From the human T2T-CHM13v2.0 reference genome, Homo sapiens: a stretch of DNA of 64,000 bases. Position numbers and translations under genes: made by a program. The stretch lies in assembly GCF_009914755.1 (NCBI RefSeq), contig NC_060946.1; one strand, written 5' to 3'. Below, piece after piece: positions 51,303 through 64,000 of this stretch. The notes under the pieces were generated by a model. That model had not been told where the DNA came from, made no database searches, and saw only the letters and a program-made list of their open reading frames with translations. The stretch's first letter is position 1; every line of letters begins with the position of its first letter.

Positions 51303-53512
51303 CCTCAAACCCTCAAACTGACTTTTCTCACACAGACACACACACATACACGTACACACACACTTCTGCCAAAGAAGCTTAAAGGTTTTATGATGTGGTT
51401 ATGTTTACTTAATCATGAGAATCATTTACTCATATCAAAAGCAAGCTGGTTGATAGCATGTAGGTGTGGGTAGCTATAAAGGATGAGCCCATAGCATGTG
51501 TGGAGCTGTGAAGGATGGCAGCATATTCGAGTGAGGTAGCATTACCCCTAACTTAGGCAGCTATGGCCTGGCAGCTCGGGGGTGGCATTTTTGTTTGCTC
51601 AGTGTTACTTTTGATGTTGGATGTTTCCCAGATTGAGAACTTTAAATTTTCCTAAATAGTCCCTGTACTGTTTTTGGCAGTGGATCTATTTTTACTCACA
51701 CACATAGTTTTTTGCCTTGTGAGTAGTGGGTGGAGGCCCTTAGGGGTTTTTGGGTAAATGAATAGTGTCATAGGAAGATAAGTGAATGATCAGCAGGCCA
51801 GGTCATTTTTGACATTTAGTAATGTTGGGGGTAGTCCTGGAGCAGAGAAAATGTGTGAAGTGAGTGCCCTGGGGTGGGGACTAGGTGTAGCCCAAGGCTG
51901 TTTGGTCAGGACGTGAGTAAAACTGGCTGACAGGGAAGTCCAATCCTTAAAAGAAATGGAGAGGAGGGCCTTTGTGCATGGGAAGAGCCCATCAGTTTAA
52001 GGTTGTCCTTCAGGAAGGGTGTAAGTAGGATTACAGAGGGTGGGAAGGCAGGCAGGACACCTAGAAAGCAGAGAGGCTGTGAGCAGGGGTGGCGAAACCC
52101 CTGGTTTGTGGCCCGGTGAAGACTCAGTGCCTAGTGTGGCTACACTGAGGGAAGGTGCCGTGTGGCAGAAATGACTGTTGTAATCTTGGTGTTAGAGCGG
52201 AAAGAGGCTGAAAACTATTGTCTAGGCCTGTCTGTAAAATTCTGTCTTGTTGTTGCTTCATGTTCCTGATTTGTGGAGATGCAGCAAATGTGATTTCATT
52301 AGATTTTGCAGATGATCTTAGGTAGCATGGTCGGGGCCTGGAGAGCATCCATTACTCTGTATTGCCACCCGGTGTTTGCCTCTCAGTACAGTTTATGACT
52401 GAACTTTTCATTAGTTCTCCTGGCTCCTGTATTTCGGTATTTGAAGTGTTGGGAACTGGTGCTAAGTATCATCCATCAAGATTGGCTATCCATCTTTTTG
52501 TTTTAATGGACTGTCTGATTTTACATGGGTCTATAATTTTCCAGTCTGGGAAAAACTCAGTTTTCTTTAGTTATCTGGTCAAGTAGTAAGCCATCTTCAT
52601 TTCATGTTTCCTTTTGTTAACTGAATTATAACCCGGGAGTATTAAAAAATACTGTATTTAAATGTATCCAGTTATTTCCTAGTTAGGCTCTGGCTGGGGT
52701 ATTAGGAACAATATTTGCTTGCTGAGATATGTTAGTCACCCTCAGCTAATGCTGATAGTGATTCATTCAGACTGGCAGGCAACCAGATGATTTTTACATA
52801 AACACTAATACTCCCAGTAAATGATTTTTCTTGTGAAGGTGTCATCATAAATACTGCCCAGTAGCCTTTTTTGGCAGCTTATTCCTGATGGAGAAAGAAT
52901 ATGCTTACAGATACACCCAAACTTCACGTTAGTAGGAAGCCCTGCCACACCTTTTATTGGTGCACAGGAAAAACGAAATCATGGAACATTGGAGCTGAAG
53001 GAGGCCTTGGAGATCATTTGGGCTAATCCTGCTTATTTTACTTTGGATGTCCAAAAAGGTTGTGATTTGTTTAAGGTCACATAGCTAGCTCAGACTAAAC
53101 TTCAGATGTCTTGGGTTTAATAATTATACCGCCTTTTGTGTTATGCAAGCATTCTGTATTATACATACATGTATTTCAGATTTGCACTCACTTTAAATGA
53201 TATACTCTGGGAAGTTACCTTGGTGTATCTTTGCCAGTTTCACAGAAGCAGCTTTGTTAGTCACAGGAGGAAGTATATTGTGACTCCTTATGGATATTAT
53301 TTGTATTTTAATGCCAAATGGCCTTAGTTTAATTACTACAAGATGAAAGGAGCTCTCCAAATTCTGTTGTTGCCTTATGCTTTGTTTTATTGAATATTGC
53401 TCTAGAAACGCAAGTCATTCTAGAGGATTCAAGCATTCTGAAATTTATCAGAATATTTGGGATGGAATTTTGATTCAGAAGTGTTGTTCGTTAAAAGACT
53501 AAGTAGTTACTC

Positions 53513-53615
53513 ATCTTTTTGTAGTTCATAAGTGTGATGATTGGGTTTTGACATGCAGGTGTGAGATGTGCCACCCTCAAACCTTGTTACAACATAGACA
53601 TGTGACCCTCTGATG
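53513..53615 (+). pseudogene. U13 (SNORD13-like) C/D snoRNA retrocopy
   Basis: ATCTTTTTGTAGTTCATAAGTGTGATGATTGGG...GTGAGATGTGCCACCCT..AACCTTGTTAC...CTGA matches recalled U13; A-tail; TSD AAAAGACTAAGT at 53493 and 53624. Confidence 0.88.
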
Positions 53616-54598
53616 TGGGCAAAAAAAGACTAAGTTATTAAATATTTACAAAGTCTCTATTTTCCGTAAGAAAATGTATGTAAGTGTTTAAAGGCACTTA
53701 CTGGAGGAGGAAACTAGTGGGGTTATAGGTGTTTAGCTGGATTTAAGGGGAGCATGGATTGTAGATTCATGGTAGACTGGGGCAGATCACAGTGAGAGGT
53801 ATGGAGACTACTAATGAATATGTGAGGATGAATAATGAGAACCCTGGCTTGACCAGAGTGGAGGCAGCACCCCTGGGGAATGGTCAGGATAGCTGTTAGC
53901 CAAAGACCACACTGAAGAAAGAAGTGGGTAGGCAAAGGAGAGACTTAATCCTGTGTTAAGGGTTTGTAGCAGAAGAGTAGGGGTCCTGGGGACAGGGAAA
54001 TGGAGAAATTAAGAGTGAGCTGGTATTTTTATTTTGTCTGGGGCTTGGGGGTAGGGAGGACTCAGACAATTGCTTGTTTTACTTTGTGAGAACTTGGCAC
54101 GTTTTCTGATTTTTACCTGTAATAATGATTACACTTGCTGCTTATGTCCTTGAACCACTAATTCCCCAAATAAACCATCATTGTTCATGATTTCTGATAC
54201 TCCACTGCTCAGTCTTCTCAATCCATTTTAAGTGTGTCTATTTGAATATGCTATTGATAACTTTCCCCAATGAACTTGGCCTTTTCCCTCTGGAGGTTCT
54301 GTCCTTACAGATTGGTTTAAGTAATACCTTTTTTGTTTAGTGTTTTATGGTTTCCTAAGTGCTTTGCTTTCTTTTTTTTCATTATTGAAATTAAAGACCT
54401 TTTGGATAAGCAGAGACTGATTTAATAAAATTAAAGACCTTTACCAGTAGGTCATATTAAGGAATCCCTCTACTTTAGACGACACACCATCTTTTAAGGG
54501 CTTGTGAAATGTCCTGGGTCAATTTAGGAAGTCATTTTCTTTGCTTGGGCCCAGACCAACTCTGTTAGCAACTCTGTTAGGAACTCTTGTTAGGAAAC

Positions 54599-55056
54599 TC
54601 TGTTAGTTTCCTAGGGGGTGCTGAACCTAGTACGACAAACTGGATAGTTTAAAATAATAAATGTATTCTCTCATAGTTCTGGACGCTAGAAGTTTGAAAG
54701 TGAGGTGTAGGCAGGCCACGCTCCCTCTGAAGGCTCTAGGGAAGAATCCTTCCTAGGCACTCTCCCAGCTTCTGGTGGCTTCTGGCAACCCTTGGTGTTC
54801 CTTGGCTTGTAGATGCGTCACTCCAGTCTTTGCCTCCACTGTCACATGGCATTCTTCCTGTGTGTGTGTCAAAATCTCACTATCCTTATAAGGACACCTG
54901 TAATTGCACTTAGGGCACACCCTAATGTCCAGTATGACTTCATCTTAACTAATTACATCTGCAAAGACCCTATTTCCAAATAAGCTCACATTCACAGGAA
55001 CCTAGGGTCAGAACTTCAGCGTATCTTTTGGCGGGGGATACAGTTCAACCACTGCA
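54599..55056 (-). mobile_element. MLT1C-like MaLR LTR
   Basis: GTTAGTTTCCTAGG..GCTCCCTCTGAAGGCTCTAGGGAAGAATCCTTCC..TTATAAGGACAC..ACATCTGCAAAGACCCTATTTCCAAATAAG. Confidence 0.8.
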
Positions 55057-55548
55057 AAGTCTAATAATGCTCTTCCTACTAACTGCATAGCTAGTTCACT
55101 TGTAGTTGGCATCATGGAGAACTAAGGGAAGTTAAAGCTTGTGAAATTTAACTCTTCCACTTAAAATAATTGATGCTTCCATCCTTGATGACCAGAGTTT
55201 CCTGTGAGGTAGGTCAGAGTACAACTTGCTGCTGAGTAGCTGTGCTTCCTTTCACTAGGAGCTGGGGGTACTTTCATGTCACTTATGAATTGTTCTTCAT
55301 TTTGGTTTGGGAGAGGGCTGGGAGTATCAGTTAGGGTTCCATGTGTAGCCACACAGGGCGAAGCTCTGGCCACTGGATCTGTGTGATGTTCCATCTGATC
55401 TGTGAAGCCCCACCATCTGTTAATGTGTATTTGAGGAGTGGTTGGTTCTTTCCAGAGTATAAAGCTGGAAGCAGAGTCTGGAACACTTCCAGTCTGTTGT
55501 CTTTGAACATTTGACAAAGGGACCGTACGATCTTACTGTTCAGAGTAT

Positions 55549-55850
55549 CTTTTTTTTTTTTTTTTTTTCTTTTGAGACGGAGGCTTGCTCTGTCGCTAGC
55601 TAGGCTGGAGTGCAGTGGCACGATCTGGGCTCACTGCAACCTCCGGGTTCAAGAGTTTCTCTTGCCTCAGCCTCCCAAGTAGCTGGGACTACAAGCGCGT
55701 GCCACCACGCCCAGCTAATTTTTGTATTTTTAGTAGAGATGGGGTTTCACCATGTTGGCCAGAATGGTCTCGATCTCTTGACCTCATGATCTGCCCGCCC
55801 TTGGCCTCCTGAAGTGCTGGGATTACAGGCATAAGCCATCGCGCCCGGCC
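55549..55850 (-). mobile_element. Alu with TSD CTGTTCAGAGTATCTTTT
   Basis: Alu consensus and direct repeat. Confidence 0.9.
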
Positions 55851-56247
55851 TGTTCAGAGTATCTTTTGCAGAATGGCTGAAGCTCGAGGTTTTCTTCTTC
55901 ACCATTATGTACTGCTGCTGTACAACCTTTTCATAATTATCCTTAGTCCCATTCCTCTACCAAGGTGAAAGCAACATCTTATCAGACCCGAATTATGAAT
56001 TTCTCAAGCCCCTATGATTTTCTGTTTTGGGTGCCAAGTATTTATCTCTTCTGTTAGACTATAGTCTTTCTTCACATAGGGTTCATGTCTATATTGGTTT
56101 TATCCATGGGTGGTTTTTATTCTCCAGAGTGACTGACCTGTTCGTAATTCCGTTCTTGAGAAGGATTGTTGATTATGTTGAAGGGAAGGCTTCTTACCAA
56201 GATTTTCAGATTTTGCTTTCAATGTTTATCTTTTTGGGGTTTTGCAG

Positions 56248-56901
56248 GTGACAGAGCTGAATGAACCTCTCTCCAATGAAGATCGAAATCTCCTCTCTGT
56301 GGCCTACAAGAATGTGGTTGGTGCCAGGCGATCTTCCTGGAGGGTCATTAGCAGCATTGAGCAGAAAACCATGGCTGATGGAAACGAAAAGAAATTGGAG
56401 AAAGTTAAAGCTTACCGGGAGAAGATTGAGAAGGAGCTGGAGACAGTTTGCAATGATGTCCTGTCTCTGCTTGACAAGTTCCTGATCAAGAACTGCAATG
56501 ATTTCCAGTATGAGAGCAAGGTGTTTTACCTGAAAATGAAGGGTGATTACTACCGCTACTTAGCAGAGGTCGCTTCTGGGGAGAAGAAAAACAGTGTGGT
56601 CGAAGCTTCTGAAGCTGCCTACAAGGAAGCCTTTGAAATCAGCAAAGAGCAGATGCAACCCACGCATCCCATCCGGCTGGGCCTGGCCCTCAACTTCTCC
56701 GTGTTCTACTATGAGATCCAGAATGCACCTGAGCAAGCCTGCCTCTTAGCCAAACAAGCCTTCGATGATGCCATAGCTGAGCTGGACACACTAAACGAGG
56801 ATTCCTATAAGGACTCCACGCTGATCATGCAGTTGCTGCGAGACAACCTCACCCTCTGGACGAGCGACCAGCAGGATGAAGAAGCAGGAGAAGGCAACTG
56901 A
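56248..56901 (+). CDS. YWHAH: 14-3-3 protein eta, coding exon 2 (VTELNEPLS...DEEAGEGN*)
   Basis: Acceptor ttttgcag|; [30 protein letters not shown] and [18 protein letters not shown] motifs; 29+217=246 aa. Confidence 0.99.
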
Positions 56902-57661
56902 AGATCCTTCAGATCCCCTGGCCCTTCCTTCACCCACCACCCCCATCATCACCGATTCTTCCTTGCCACAATCACTAAATATCTAGTGCTAAACCTATCT
57001 GTATTGGCAGCACAGCTACTCAGATCTGCACTCCTGTCTCTTGGGAAGCAGTTTCAGATAAATCATGGGCATTGCTGGACTGATGGTTGCTTTGAGCCCA
57101 CAGGAGCTCCCTTTTTGAATTGTGTGGAGAAGTGTGTTCTGATGAGGCATTTTACTATGCCTGTTGATCTATGGGAAATCTAGGCGAAAGTAATGGGGAA
57201 GATTAGAAAGAATTAGCCAACCAGGCTACAGTTGATATTTAAAAGATCCATTTAAAACAAGCTGATAGTGTTTCGTTAAGCAGTACATCTTGTGCATGCA
57301 AAAATGAATTCACCCCTCCCACCTCTTTCTTCAATTAATGGAAAACTGTTAAGGGAAGCTGATACAGAGAGACAACTTGCTCCTTTCCATCAGCTTTATA
57401 ATAAACTGTTTAACGTGAGGTTTCAGTAGCTCCTTGGTTTTGCCTCTTTAAATTATGACGTGCACAAACCTTCTTTTCAATGCAATGCATCTGAAAGTTT
57501 TGATACTTGTAACTTTTTTTTTTTTTTTGGTTGCAATTGTTTAAGAATCATGGATTTATTTTTTGTAACTCTTTGGCTATTGTCCTTGTGTATCCTGACA
57601 GCGCCATGTGTGTCAGCCCATGTCAATCAAGATGGGTGATTATGAAATGCCAGACTTCTAA

Positions 57662-57694
57662 AATAAATGTTTTGGAATTCAATGGGTAAATAAA
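57662..57694 (+). terminator. YWHAH: YWHAH tandem poly(A) signals (AATAAA at 57662 and 57689; a proximal one at 57400)
   Basis: AATAAA hexamers followed by a GT/T-rich downstream element. Confidence 0.8.
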
Positions 57695-58333
57695 TGCTGC
57701 TTTGGGGATATTATCTCTGTTTGGTCTTGATTTTTCCCCCCTCGAGGAACTGTTTAACCAGTCACAAATTGTGGTTTGAATCTCTCAAACATGGAAGCAT
57801 TTGTAGTACATTATCCAAGTTTTCCTCCCCTCATTACATTACATATTTTGCAGCACACACATAGGATTCATAGATTTTAAATAGTTTTCTGTGAACCCAG
57901 CTAACATAGCCTCTCTGATCAATTTTCCTGATAACTGGTGCTTTTTAATGAGCCTCGCAGAACAAAATGCAGTCTTCCACAGTATAGCACCTCTGAAACA
58001 TTGTGGGCTCTGTTTAACTTGAGAGTGTATTTAACACTGAAGGTAAATACGGAGCTTATACACGTCCTCAAGTTTTCTTAATAAGATACTAGGGGCACAA
58101 CTTGCACCCCTGAAATCTTTAGTGATTATTGTTAAGCATTTAGTATTCTTTAAAATAGAAAAGCAAACCTCATTGAGTTAAAAAGCCTAACCTACCCCTT
58201 AAACACTTGCTTAACCCCAATGTGTCTCTCGAGCCTCAGCATCACTGGCTGACTGTTCTTGAGTGAGGTGGTTTCCAGCTCCTCACGATTTTTATCACCT
58301 CCAGAGTGGCACCTAGGAATGAACGTTTGTTAG

Positions 58334-59583
<1,250 letters not shown>

Positions 59584-59801
59584 TGAAAGGTTTTGTCCCA
59601 CTTTACAGATGAGGAAGCTAAAGTGCAAAGGTTGTGGATCTCTGGAATTTATACAGCTGGTAAGCTAGAGGACAGCTTCCACCCAAGATTTATTCAGAAT
59701 TTTAACGGCCCTCTGGGGGGCCTGGGGAACCTTGGCAAGCCATGCCACCTTTGAGGTTCAGGTCCCTCATTTTTTAAGTGTAGGATTTGGGTTATGTTTT
59801 A

Positions 59802-63890
<4,089 letters not shown>

Positions 63891-64000
63891 TCATGCAGCC
63901 TTGGGCTTGGCTCTAACCTGTCAACTGGCGGTGTGACCTTGAGCAAGTCCTGGCCTCTCAGCAGCCTCTGTAAAAATGAGGTTGTTGCATTTAGTGGTCT

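Noticed and set aside
56242-56247. ORF-track start 'MQ' before YWHAH exon 2
   Set aside because: TTGCAG is the splice acceptor, not a start

Overview
Human (primate) genomic DNA, recognisable as chr22q12.3. The window holds the last three coding exons and 3' UTR of DEPDC5 (+, 1431-~7130), an Alu/L2/MIR/LTR-rich intergenic stretch, the antisense gene C22orf24/YWHAH-AS1 (-, a 160-aa spliced ORF can be rebuilt from 38185-38035 and 34568-34237), and the complete two-exon YWHAH gene for 14-3-3 eta (+, CDS 44848-44934 and 56248-56901, 246 aa) with its CpG-island promoter. Gene and repeat-family names come from recalled sequences, not from a database search. Most ORFs in the supplied track are Alu or low-complexity artefacts. 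I cannot establish a new biological system from sequence alone. The strongest leads are: a TSD-flanked snaR-related (ASR-like) Pol III mini-SINE and a U13 snoRNA retrocopy in the YWHAH intron; an in-frame, stop-free last intron of DEPDC5; a ~1.07-kb C-rich minisatellite of near T-box half-sites; a 42-bp repeat of splice-acceptor-like units; a MEF2/antisense-TATA plus palindromic CRE module at the YWHAH promoter; and candidate frameshifting cassette exons in YWHAH.
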